IMG/VR virus record: IMGVR_UViG_3300045988_065744
Reading direction: 5' to 3' (one strand)
From: a virus
DNA length: 53,143 nt
Part shown: positions 41,461-49,491 of the stretch, one piece after another
Numbering within the stretch: the first letter of the stretch is position 1
Layout: each line of letters opens with the position of its first letter
Notes under the pieces: generated by a model
Databases searched by the model: none
Told to the model about the DNA's origin: nothing
The model's input: only the letters and a program-made list of their open reading frames with translations
Translations under genes and position numbers: made by a program

Positions 41461-41702
41461 GGAACTTTATTATGTGGTTTTACGGCGTGGATGCCGCGCA
41501 GGCAGCCGCACGGGAACCGGCTGTATGGTTCGCACTGATCGTCACCATTGCCGCCCTGCTGACATGGGGCTGGTGCAGCATCAGCTACACCACGAAGCTG
41601 GAACAGAAGGTGAACCTGCTGGAAGAGCGTGTCCGGCGGTATCGCTGGGAGTGCGAACGCTTAGAGCTGGAAAAGCAGTTGAAGCGGGAGCGCGCCAGAT
41701 GA
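41457..41702 (+). CDS. Membrane protein with coiled-coil tail
   Basis: 81 aa, ATGA coupling. TM segment WFALIVTIAALLTWGW. Confidence 0.5.
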   Translation: MRNFIMWFYGVDAAQAAAREPAVWFALIVTIAALLTWGWCSISYTTKLEQKVNLLEERVRRYRWECERLELEKQLKRERAR

Positions 41703-41863
41703 TGGGCGCGGCGGCGGTGGCGGTCGTCGTGGTGTGCGCGGCGATGTACACCATCTTTGAAGTGATAGAGCGCAGGAAACGCAAAAAGTTTGCGGAGGAT
41801 ATCCGGCGCTACATCCAGAACCACAAGGGGGAATGGACCGGTGATAATCAAGACCTGCGTTGA
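41699..41863 (+). CDS. Small membrane protein
   Basis: MMGAAAVAVVVVCAAMYTIFEVIERRKRKK..., ATGA coupling. Confidence 0.45.
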   Translation: MMGAAAVAVVVVCAAMYTIFEVIERRKRKKFAEDIRRYIQNHKGEWTGDNQDLR

Positions 41864-42146
41864 CTGCGGGGCGGTGATCCTTTCAAATAACGTCACAGCC
41901 CGGCGGTGCCCCGTTTGTGCGGAGCGATTTGCGGAACGGGCACGCAAGAAGTATAAGAACCCGCCCGCTGATCCACTGACCGCCGATGTGCGCAAGGCGG
42001 ACGCGGAGGGAAAGTCATACGGGTACTGGCGCTTGGACGAACTGCTGAAAGAGCAGAAGGCCCGGGAAGAGCTGGATAATCTAATCAAGAGGAACAAAGA
42101 GCGGAGGGAGCAGAAGGAACATGGACAACAGCAAGAAAAGGCATGA
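41841..42146 (+). CDS. Zinc-ribbon protein
   Basis: GTG after aagggggaatggaccg. CVDCG...CPVC. Confidence 0.45.
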   Translation: MIIKTCVDCGAVILSNNVTARRCPVCAERFAERARKKYKNPPADPLTADVRKADAEGKSYGYWRLDELLKEQKAREELDNLIKRNKERREQKEHGQQQEKA

Positions 42147-42267
42147 CGGCGGGGCGTACCGCCGGTTCGACACGCTGACCACGCTGTATTGCCGCCCGTG
42201 CAAAGACCGCCGGAAGTCCCGGCAGACGCAGCAGCACAAGAAAAAGAAAGGCGGGAAGAACAGATGA
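42121..42267 (+). CDS. Small basic protein (48 aa)
   Basis: MDNSKKRHDGGAYRRFDTLTTLYCRPCKDRRKSRQTQQHKKKKGGKNR. Overlaps both neighbours. Confidence 0.35.
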   Translation: MDNSKKRHDGGAYRRFDTLTTLYCRPCKDRRKSRQTQQHKKKKGGKNR

Positions 42268-42443
42268 TCCTGATTGTGCTGATCGCAATTCTGGCGGGAA
42301 CGCTGGTTCTGGCCGTAATCCTGACCGCGCTGCTGTACTGGGTCAAAGCAATAACGGAGTTTGGCGTGGGCGTGGTGGCGTTGGTATGGCTGATCCTACT
42401 GCTGGGCGGCGTGCTGATCGGCGGCAGAGACCCACGAGATTAG
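42264..42443 (+). CDS. Small two-TM membrane protein
   Basis: MILIVLIAILAGTLVLAVILTALLYWV...VVALVWLILLLGGVLIGG. Confidence 0.5.
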   Translation: MILIVLIAILAGTLVLAVILTALLYWVKAITEFGVGVVALVWLILLLGGVLIGGRDPRD

Positions 42444-42714
42444 CCGCAAAGGTCTGGGCGCACCGGATCACGCCCACCATGCAGCCGGAAACGTGGGGAC
42501 GCAGACGGCTGCCCCGGCCATTCCGACAGTCGGGGGTCCTACCTACTGAGGACTGAAAGAATACATAGGGCGGCCCGCATGGGTGGGCGGCAGCCTGTCA
42601 AGCCGCCCGTTTTATGGAGTATGCAGGCGCGTCCGGGGGTGTAGCCCCGGAACCGGTTCAACCCCGGAATGCTCCACCAGACCGAATATCCACATCAAAG
42701 AGAAAGGATGAAAG

Positions 42715-43140
42715 ATGGAGGAAAGATGGGATGCCTATTTGGCTGTCGCTCTGGATGGCGATGATGTCGAAATTCAGGTTGACGGCCACGCGGGAGATAT
42801 CGCGCAGATCGCGGCTATGGCACTGGCTGACGTAATCGTGCAGTCCAGCCCGGAAAAGGAACAGGCGATTAAGATGCTGGACGACATGAAGAACCGGTTG
42901 GACGGTATGCTGGATGATGCATGGAACGCCCGCAGTAGCGAGATTGAATACGGTGAGCGGCAGAGCGTCCGGTGGCACTGTGAAAAGGATACCGCTATCG
43001 AGGAAGCGATGGCAAAGCTGAAAGAGAACACGAACACCGGGTGCTTCGGTGATTGTGCTACCTGCTCTGGCGCTGCTGTGGACGACCGGGCGGGCACCGG
43101 CAGCAGGCCACAGGATGCAGACGACGGCCTGCCTTCGTAA
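42715..43140 (+). CDS. Hypothetical early protein (possible paralogue set member 1)
   Basis: 141 aa. Confidence 0.5.
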   Translation: MEERWDAYLAVALDGDDVEIQVDGHAGDIAQIAAMALADVIVQSSPEKEQAIKMLDDMKNRLDGMLDDAWNARSSEIEYGERQSVRWHCEKDTAIEEAMAKLKENTNTGCFGDCATCSGAAVDDRAGTGSRPQDADDGLPS

Positions 43141-43153
43141 GGGGGACGGCTAC

Positions 43154-43456
43154 ATGGATAAGAGCAAAACGCATATTCTGGCGTTTTTCACGGGCCATGA
43201 TGCGCCGGAGAAGAAAAGTGTCTATGTGGAAATGAACGGGCAGGGAGATGAACTGACCCGGCTTGTAGCGAGCGTTGCTATCAAGATGCTTTCTCTGGGC
43301 ACCACCAACAAGAACATTATTCAGATGCGCAAGCAATACCTGTTTGGCATTATCAACAAGTGGCTGGATGAAGACAGCGTGCAGGACATTGAGCTGAAAG
43401 AATATTCGTATGAAGCCACTGGTACTGGTGACGTGGGCGGAAATGTGCCGTCCTGA
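43154..43456 (+). CDS. Hypothetical early protein (possible paralogue set member 2)
   Basis: Start at MDKSKTHIL after aagggggacggctac. 100 aa. Confidence 0.5.
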   Translation: MDKSKTHILAFFTGHDAPEKKSVYVEMNGQGDELTRLVASVAIKMLSLGTTNKNIIQMRKQYLFGIINKWLDEDSVQDIELKEYSYEATGTGDVGGNVPS

Positions 43457-43470
43457 AAGGAAGTTGTGTT

Positions 43471-43959
43471 ATGAGCAAGAACATTGCAAAGCTGGTCGTG
43501 AAGATGAAGAGCAAAAGTTTGATCGACATAGAAACGATGGGAGACGGCGCGAACCAGGTATTTATGGCCGCAGCAGCGGTGGCGCACACCGTTGCGGACA
43601 GCGGCAAAGGTAACCGTAAGAAAGCGGAAGCCATTATGACGGTGGCTAAGGACATCATCGACAGCGTGTTTGAAGCCGCGTGGAAGAGCGAGTATGGCAA
43701 CGCACCTGCCACTGAACCTGTTGCCACTGCCGCCCCGGCGGAAAAGCAGGACGACCCCGCCGCCGCCCGGCCCGGTGACGTAGACAGCATGATGGAGAAA
43801 ATTATTGCAGATGCAATGAAGCAGGCAAAGGAAAATCCGGGTCAGGCGCAGGGCGTGATGTTCAAGGTCCCGGCAGGTGATATGCCCATGGAAGAAGTGG
43901 TAAAGCACATCATCAGTGCGGTGGACAAGCAGGCACGGAAAGACAAGAACGGGGGCTGA
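43471..43959 (+). CDS. Hypothetical early protein (possible paralogue set member 3)
   Basis: 162 aa, RBS aaaggaag. Confidence 0.5.
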   Translation: MSKNIAKLVVKMKSKSLIDIETMGDGANQVFMAAAAVAHTVADSGKGNRKKAEAIMTVAKDIIDSVFEAAWKSEYGNAPATEPVATAAPAEKQDDPAAARPGDVDSMMEKIIADAMKQAKENPGQAQGVMFKVPAGDMPMEEVVKHIISAVDKQARKDKNGG

Positions 43960-43963
43960 ACCT

Positions 43964-44128
43964 ATGAGCGTGAAAGTAACCGGCGTTGTTGCTGTCCCTC
44001 TGCTGCATATCCTGCGGGAGTTTGCCGCAACGGCAGACCTGACCGGGAAGCCCACCAGATACCCGGAAGGCGCTGCACAGTTTGCAGCGCGGAAGGAAAA
44101 GGAAGCGCATGATAGTAACCGATCCTGA
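43964..44128 (+). CDS. Hypothetical mini-protein
   Basis: MSVKVTGVVAVPLLHILREF..., 54 aa. Confidence 0.35.
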   Translation: MSVKVTGVVAVPLLHILREFAATADLTGKPTRYPEGAAQFAARKEKEAHDSNRS

Positions 44129-44555
44129 GCACGGCACGCGGGAATGGTCCGAAGACCCGGTGGGCGATTTGATGAAAATGCGCCAGATAGTTATAGACTC
44201 GTTTGAGAAAATCACAGAGGCCGTCAAACGTTTCTGTGAAGGTCTGGACGATTTGACATACACGCTTTTGCCGCCGGAAACGCCCGGATGGGCCATTCAC
44301 AACAAGCGCCGTTACCGGACACGCAGGGTTCAACCAAAGCTCCATCTGAACACGGTGCCGCTGGGCACTGCTACTTATTTATATAAAGCAAAAGAAATGA
44401 AAAATCTTGCGAGGTCCACAAAGACCCATCCAGCCCCGAAGAAGGGCGAACAGTGCCAACACACGTTCCGTATCACGTCGCAGCGGTGCGCGCCCTGCGA
44501 CGGGTACAACAAGGAATGCGAAGAATACAGTGTGACGCACCACAAAACAAACTGA
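44109..44555 (+). CDS. Hypothetical early protein
   Basis: Start at MIVTDPEHG after aaggaaaaggaagcgc. 148 aa. Confidence 0.5.
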   Translation: MIVTDPEHGTREWSEDPVGDLMKMRQIVIDSFEKITEAVKRFCEGLDDLTYTLLPPETPGWAIHNKRRYRTRRVQPKLHLNTVPLGTATYLYKAKEMKNLARSTKTHPAPKKGEQCQHTFRITSQRCAPCDGYNKECEEYSVTHHKTN

Positions 44556-44560
44556 ATGTA

Positions 44561-44625
44561 GCCGCCCGGCCAGAGTTTTCAGCAGATAAGCAGCAGTTGT
44601 CATGTGTGAAGGCCGGGCGGCTTTT
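44561..44625 (+). terminator. Long-loop hairpin / terminator
   Basis: 11-bp perfect stem gccgcccggcc (44561-44571) / ggccgggcggc (44611-44621) followed by tttta. The loop is 39 nt. Confidence 0.45.
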
Positions 44626-44968
44626 ATATGGCGCAGGGAGTGCCCGCAGCACGCTGGGAGCGGGGCCAAACCCCGCCTGCGCCGCTTTGCTCGCATATTC
44701 CATGGAAGCCGGTCAAGGTTTCATCTTCCAAAACTGGCAGGGAAATACGGATGCTGAAAAAGCAGCGCTAACCTTCCGTATAAGGCGGTGAAAATCCGAC
44801 CTGTCCGTATTTCCTAAACCGTGCCCGCATGGCAGTCCAGCATAAGCTGAACGGCACGTCGCAGCGTGAGCGCAGAAACGCCCTGTCCCAATTGCCCAGG
44901 CAAAAGGCAGCAGACCCGACCGCAACGGGTCGCCCCACCGCGCCACCTCTCTTGCGCGGTGGGTTTTG
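44626..44968 (+). ncRNA. Structured non-coding tract (candidate ncRNA) ending in an intrinsic terminator
   Basis: No credible ORF. Nested helices ggcgcagg...gcgggg-ccaaa-ccccgc-ctgcgcc, gacccg-accgcaa-cgggtc, and terminator ccaccgcgc-cacctctctt-gcgcggtgg plus gttttg. Confidence 0.3.
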
Positions 44969-44972
44969 ATAT

Positions 44973-45049
44973 GCGGGTGTAGTAAGGAAGTTGCCTGCCG
45001 TCCTGATCCCCCAGCGGCAGACAAGCCGGTTCGATTCCGGCCACCCGTG
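44973..45049 (+). ncRNA. tRNA-like element (canonical acceptor and T-arm, aberrant 14-nt anticodon loop)
   Basis: Acceptor gcgggtg pairs with cacccgt. T-arm gccgg-ttcgatt-ccggc. The anticodon-arm stem ctgccg/cggcag encloses tcctgatcccccag. The D-loop is short (5 nt). Confidence 0.4.
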
Positions 45050-45079
45050 CAAGAACAAAAAGCAGAAGGGAGAAGAACA

Positions 45080-45397
45080 ATGAAAGGGTACTACATGACG
45101 TTCAGGTGCAGGCTGTGCGGGAAGACCTTCACCAACGGCGGAACTGGTGATAAAGAGACAGCCTGGACCGCAACGGCAAATGCGGCGTTTACCGCCAGTG
45201 GAATTGGGCCGTTGAAGAAACTTGAAAACCAACCGCTTGTGCAAGAAACGCATTGCTGCGAAGACGGCAGTTTCGGCGTTGCGGATTTTCTGGGAATGAA
45301 GTGGGCAGAAGATGGCGAAATTGTGGCAGATTATTTGATCGGCAGCAGCCCGTGCCAGGACTTACCCCATAAAGCAAGGTGGGGTGACAAGAAGTGA
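45080..45397 (+). CDS. Hypothetical protein with C-terminal relic of an MTase motif IV
   Basis: Start at MKGYYMTFRCRLCGK (RBS gaagggag). It ends ...GEIVADYLIGSSPCQDLPHKARWGDKK. Confidence 0.45.
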   Translation: MKGYYMTFRCRLCGKTFTNGGTGDKETAWTATANAAFTASGIGPLKKLENQPLVQETHCCEDGSFGVADFLGMKWAEDGEIVADYLIGSSPCQDLPHKARWGDKK

Positions 45398-46890
45398 TCC
45401 ACCTTGGAGATATCACAAAGATACATGGCGACCAGATAGAACCCGTGTATTGCATCACCTTCGGCAGCCCATGCCAAGACCTTTCCATTGCTGGGCGGCG
45501 GGCGGGACTTGCGGGAGAACGGTCGGGATTGTTCATGGAAGCAGTTCGGATCATCAAAGAAATGAGGAGGGCGACACATGGAAGTTATCCAGTTGTCGTT
45601 ATTTGGGAAAATGTTCCCGGAGCGTTCAGTTCAAACGGCGGAGAAGACTTCCGCGCCGTGCTGGAAGAACTTGCCCGCGTGGAAGAACCAGACGCTTCAA
45701 TTCCTAGACCTCCGAGGGGGGGCAGATGGAGCAAAGCCGGAGCAATCGCCGGAAATGGATGGTCTCTGGCTTGGCGACAGCTTGACGCTCAATATTGGGG
45801 AGTGCCCCAGAGAAGAAAACGTATCGCTCTTGTCGTGGATTTTGCAGGTGGACGTGCCGGAGAAATACTATTTGAGCGCGAAAGCTTGCCGGGGCATCCT
45901 GACCAGAGCATCCAGACGTGGCAAGAAGTTGCAAGAACTGCTGGAAACCGCCCTGCTGGAAATGATCGAATGGTGGGCCAGCAGGGGGGGCAAGCCTACA
46001 CCTTAAAAATCCGGTCAGGATGTGCCGGGGGCGGCAAAGGTGCACTGGTGCAGACCGAAAAAACAGGAACACTTTCGACGCTACAGGATCAGACCCTTTT
46101 TCAGCCGGTCTATTGCCTGGCAGGAAACATTATTGATCGCTCTGAAACGGCCGGCGCAAATGGTTCCGGCGTGAAGGAAAACCAGAGCTACACGCTGAAC
46201 ACTGTTGACCGTCCAGCAGTAGTGTATAAGGTCTTTGATGCACGGGGAAACGGTGATGGCAAGACAGTGCCGACCATTACCGGAGACCATGAAAGCAGAG
46301 TGACGGACTACACAGCCATAATAACTGAGCGTCAGACATTCAGCGAACAGTCTTACAGCTACTACAAGAAAAGCGACAAATGTTCAACTATGAAAGCAAA
46401 AGCCGGAAATGTTGGAAATGGTAGCGAGTGTCTAATTGCAGAGAAAGCTATTCACTGGATCGTCCGGCGGTTGACACCAACAGAATGCGAACGCCTGCAA
46501 GGCTACCCGGACGGGTGGACGGACATTGGAGAATGGACGGACACAAAAGGAAAAAAGCACAAGGCGGCAGACAGCCCGCGTTATAAAGCCCTCGGAAATT
46601 CTATTGCGCTGCCGCAATGGTTCTGGATCGCCCAGAAAATGAAGCAATACCTTCCGGCGGGCGCAACGCTGGGTAGCTTGTTTGACGGAATCGGTGGCTT
46701 TCCTCTAGTGTGGGAGACTACATACGGGAAAGGCACGGCACGCTGGGCAAGTGAAATAGAAGAGTTTCCAATCGCGGTGACGAAAAGGAGGTTTGGAAAT
46801 GACAGCGAAAACGAAGGCAATTCTGGTACTGTTCTTTGCGGCGGAAATTGTCAATGCCACAAAAGTTGCGGTGATGCAGAGACGTATTGA
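45394..46890 (+). CDS. DNA (cytosine-5) methyltransferase with permuted motif order (III-IV-VI-VIII-TRD-IX-X-I-II)
   Basis: GDITKI, FGSPCQDLSIAG, VVIWENVPG, QYWGVPQRRKR, RRLTPTECERLQGYPDGWT, YKALGNSIALP. Then, at the C-terminus, LGSLFDGIGGFPLV and ASEIEEFP. Confidence 0.8.
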   Translation: MIHLGDITKIHGDQIEPVYCITFGSPCQDLSIAGRRAGLAGERSGLFMEAVRIIKEMRRATHGSYPVVVIWENVPGAFSSNGGEDFRAVLEELARVEEPDASIPRPPRGGRWSKAGAIAGNGWSLAWRQLDAQYWGVPQRRKRIALVVDFAGGRAGEILFERESLPGHPDQSIQTWQEVARTAGNRPAGNDRMVGQQGGQAYTLKIRSGCAGGGKGALVQTEKTGTLSTLQDQTLFQPVYCLAGNIIDRSETAGANGSGVKENQSYTLNTVDRPAVVYKVFDARGNGDGKTVPTITGDHESRVTDYTAIITERQTFSEQSYSYYKKSDKCSTMKAKAGNVGNGSECLIAEKAIHWIVRRLTPTECERLQGYPDGWTDIGEWTDTKGKKHKAADSPRYKALGNSIALPQWFWIAQKMKQYLPAGATLGSLFDGIGGFPLVWETTYGKGTARWASEIEEFPIAVTKRRFGNDSENEGNSGTVLCGGNCQCHKSCGDAETY

Positions 46891-47332
46891 TGATCTGGAA
46901 GGACAGCGCATTATCTATTCCGCCCGTCTGGAAAACTGGCAGGACAGAGCAATTCAGGATGAAGAAGTCATCGACCAGTTACAGACTGCCGCCAATGAAA
47001 ATGCCCTGCCGGATGGGCTGACAAAGGAATATGCCGGGAAATTTCTGTGCACGGCATACTGCACAGAAGAATACCAGCACATTTGCGGCACCGGCGACGG
47101 CATCACCGCCAGTGGCGCACCGGTGACGGCGGGGCTGACCGTTGCGGCAGACGAAAGCCTGCCATTTGGAACGGTTCTGTACATAGAAGGCATTGGCGTG
47201 CGCGTTGTGCAGGATCGCGGTGCAGCTATTCAGGGCAACAAGCTGGACGTGGCTGTTTCTGGCAGACATGAGGATGCATTGCACTGGGAAGGCTACGGTG
47301 AACACCGGGTCTGGATCATAATGGGGGAGTAG
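46799..47332 (+). CDS. 3D-domain protein (cell-wall-acting, MltA/RlpA-like barrel) with N-terminal TM
   Basis: ATG after aaaggagg. TM segment AILVLFFAAEIV. CTAYCTEEYQHICGTGDGITASGAPVTAGLTVAAD...VQDRGAAIQGNKLDV. Confidence 0.65.
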   Translation: MTAKTKAILVLFFAAEIVNATKVAVMQRRIDDLEGQRIIYSARLENWQDRAIQDEEVIDQLQTAANENALPDGLTKEYAGKFLCTAYCTEEYQHICGTGDGITASGAPVTAGLTVAADESLPFGTVLYIEGIGVRVVQDRGAAIQGNKLDVAVSGRHEDALHWEGYGEHRVWIIMGE

Positions 47333-47333
47333 A

Positions 47334-47591
47334 ATGCGCGAAGGGATTGAACGCGAATCTTGTCCGGTTTGCGGTGGACAAATCGTAGTGTCAGATTTTT
47401 GGATGTTTTCTTATGACCGGTTACTTGGTAAGCATGGAAAACTTCTAAAGAAAAGGACGAGAAGCACATCGGGTCCGATGGAATGTCAGACGGCATATTG
47501 TCTGGATTGCAAAGAAGCGTGGAATGCCGACGAGTTCATGATAGACGAAGAAGATCGATTTGTGGACTTCAAAGATAGGGGAAATGGCTAA
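47334..47591 (+). CDS. Zinc-ribbon protein
   Basis: 85 aa. CPVCGG...CLDC. Confidence 0.5.
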   Translation: MREGIERESCPVCGGQIVVSDFWMFSYDRLLGKHGKLLKKRTRSTSGPMECQTAYCLDCKEAWNADEFMIDEEDRFVDFKDRGNG

Positions 47592-47742
47592 AAACATGGA
47601 TCATAAAGTAAAAATCGGAAAGATAGAAGCGACCGGAATTTTCGCGGCGCTGGTGATCGCGGCAGCTGTTCTCTGGCTGGTGGCGGCTGTGCTTGTCCCG
47701 GCGGCGCTGGTGAAATTCTGCTGGCTGTATTTGATGAGGTAA
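47584..47742 (+). CDS. Small membrane protein
   Basis: MAKNMDHKVKIGKIEATGIFAALVIAAAVLWLVAAVLVPAALV. Confidence 0.45.
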   Translation: MAKNMDHKVKIGKIEATGIFAALVIAAAVLWLVAAVLVPAALVKFCWLYLMR

Positions 47743-47746
47743 AAAA

Positions 47747-47923
47747 ATGAATTGCGATATTTGCAGAGCAAGGGAACGATGTGTACTGTATGTGCAGCCG
47801 GGATCGTTCATGTGCGCACTCTATCGGTTGCAACAGAGTTTAGAGGGAGAAGGCCAACCGCAACCTAAGCCGACGTTTTGCCCGTATTGCGGGAAACCGC
47901 TGAAAATCATTGGAACAGAATGA
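47747..47923 (+). CDS. Zinc-ribbon mini-protein (58 aa)
   Basis: MNCDICRARERC...FCPYCGKPLKIIGTE. Below the ORF-track cutoff. Confidence 0.4.
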   Translation: MNCDICRARERCVLYVQPGSFMCALYRLQQSLEGEGQPQPKPTFCPYCGKPLKIIGTE

Positions 47924-47991
47924 TTTTGCACGAATATGGAGTGCGCAAATAGATATCAACCCATGGGAAGATAAGCATAGGTAAAGCGTGG

Positions 47992-48020
47992 AGCCGCCCG
48001 GCGCGGCGGCTTCTTTTTTA
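47992..48020 (+). terminator. Intrinsic terminator
   Basis: Stem agccgcc / ggcggct followed by tcttttttat. Confidence 0.55.
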
Positions 48021-48099
48021 TATGAGCATGGGACAGGCCCCACCCGGTTCAAGCCCGGAAATGCCCACCGAAAGAAAAATAAACAGAAGGGAGCAGACG

Positions 48100-48285
48100 A
48101 TGGCGAAGTTCAGCATCATGTTGTTTGGCATTGACAGCTATACGAAAGAAAATATGTATCTGCCGTATAAGCTGGAAGCAAAAAATGCGAATGCGGCAGT
48201 CCGCGAAGCAAGGAAACACGCAAAGAGTGCCTACCCTGAGTTCATCGAAGATGGAGAGCCGGACGTGGAGGTGGTGAAAAGATGA
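48100..48285 (+). CDS. Hypothetical protein
   Basis: Start at MAKFSIMLFG after agaagggag. 61 aa. Confidence 0.5.
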   Translation: MAKFSIMLFGIDSYTKENMYLPYKLEAKNANAAVREARKHAKSAYPEFIEDGEPDVEVVKR

Positions 48286-48920
48286 AACTTTCTGCACTGG
48301 CTGCCCAGATTAAGAACTGCGGTCATTGTGAGGTAATCAAAAACGGCGGCAGAATTTTTGTCGGCACGGGGAGTGCCTTTTACTGCATGGATGGCTATCC
48401 CAGAACACAGGACGCGGGAGAGCTGGGCGCTATGCTGGGTATTCCGCAGAAGAAGATGAAGAACATCTTCTACCATGAAGAATACACCATCGACGGAAAA
48501 CTGTACGGCGTGAGGTGGGATGACGAGCCGGAACATGAAGGAACCACCTCTGAAATCAAGACGCGGATCGTTATCAACGGAGAAGAACTTATCGCGTTGC
48601 GAAATCCTGACGGCAGCGTCGGGTTCATTCGGTCGGAATTGTTGAAGCCGGTGGAGGGTGAGCTGAACAAGGAGTTTGCGCAGATTTGCGTGCGCCCTGC
48701 CAACCAGGAGTGCCGGTTTATCTATGCCGTGAAGGACGGCATGATCCTTCGGGCACTGATTGCGCCTATGAATATCAAAGATGACGTGGCGGATGATCTG
48801 GACGAAATCATAGCGGAGCTGATGTCCAGACGGCAGAAGCAAATCGTCGAAAAGATGCATGACGACTTGCAGGACATGATCGCCCAGGAAGGGGCGGAGA
48901 AAGGAAAGGCAAATGATTGA
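48282..48920 (+). CDS. Hypothetical protein
   Basis: 212 aa, ATGA coupling. Confidence 0.55.
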   Translation: MKLSALAAQIKNCGHCEVIKNGGRIFVGTGSAFYCMDGYPRTQDAGELGAMLGIPQKKMKNIFYHEEYTIDGKLYGVRWDDEPEHEGTTSEIKTRIVINGEELIALRNPDGSVGFIRSELLKPVEGELNKEFAQICVRPANQECRFIYAVKDGMILRALIAPMNIKDDVADDLDEIIAELMSRRQKQIVEKMHDDLQDMIAQEGAEKGKAND

Positions 48921-49131
48921 AACGGGAACGAGATATCGTTGCGACCGGTGCAAATTCACTGTATTCGTGGAAGATGAAGGCGTAAGTAAAACAGAGAAAG
49001 ATAGAATTGCAAAGAAATGGACTGTAGTACCTGGCACCGCTGGCGAAAAGGTTGCACTTTGTCCAGACTGCCTTAATGACTACAAACTCCGGTACGACAA
49101 AATGTTTGAAGAGTTCAAGAAGGAGAGATAA
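48913..49131 (+). CDS. Zinc-ribbon protein
   Basis: 72 aa. CDRCKF...CPDC. Confidence 0.5.
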   Translation: MIETGTRYRCDRCKFTVFVEDEGVSKTEKDRIAKKWTVVPGTAGEKVALCPDCLNDYKLRYDKMFEEFKKER

Positions 49132-49134
49132 AGA

Positions 49135-49473
49135 ATGGACGCTGTAGAAAAAGATGTCCGCTTGCTGGTTAAAAAGGAGCTGAAAGCAGCAAACCAGAAT
49201 TTTCCGATGTTCCATAGTGCGCATGAAGGCTGGGCGGTGGTCCGGGAGGAAATGAGCGAAGCGGAAGTGGAACGCTATCTGCTGGACAGGTGGATTGAAG
49301 AACGCCTGTGGAACGAAGTCAAGGCGGACCTGCAAATTCCGAAAGAGGACCTGAAGGAAATGCAACACCGGGCTGTTCATATGGCGGTTGAAGCAATCCA
49401 GCTGGCAGCAATGATCTGCAAGCTGGAACGGAGTCAGCGCCGGTGGCCGAAAAAGATGAAACAACTTTTCTAA
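49135..49473 (+). CDS. Hypothetical protein (possibly MazG-like all-alpha NTP pyrophosphohydrolase)
   Basis: HSAHEGWAVVREEMSEAE resembles the hEg.a.l.EE..E motif. This is a weak call. Confidence 0.3.
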   Translation: MDAVEKDVRLLVKKELKAANQNFPMFHSAHEGWAVVREEMSEAEVERYLLDRWIEERLWNEVKADLQIPKEDLKEMQHRAVHMAVEAIQLAAMICKLERSQRRWPKKMKQLF

Positions 49474-49491
49474 AGAAAGGCGGAAAGCATC

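Noticed and set aside
44973-45049. Calling this a bona fide tRNA gene, or the phage attP.
   Set aside because: The anticodon loop is 14 nt with no valid U33/anticodon/purine37 register, and the D-loop is too short. As attP it is unlikely because both acceptor strands are present and the integrase is a serine recombinase with a better palindromic candidate next to int.
45578-46006. 142-aa alternative-frame ORF inside the methyltransferase gene.
   Set aside because: It is fully nested in a frame lacking motifs or an RBS. The main frame carries contiguous C5-MTase motifs.
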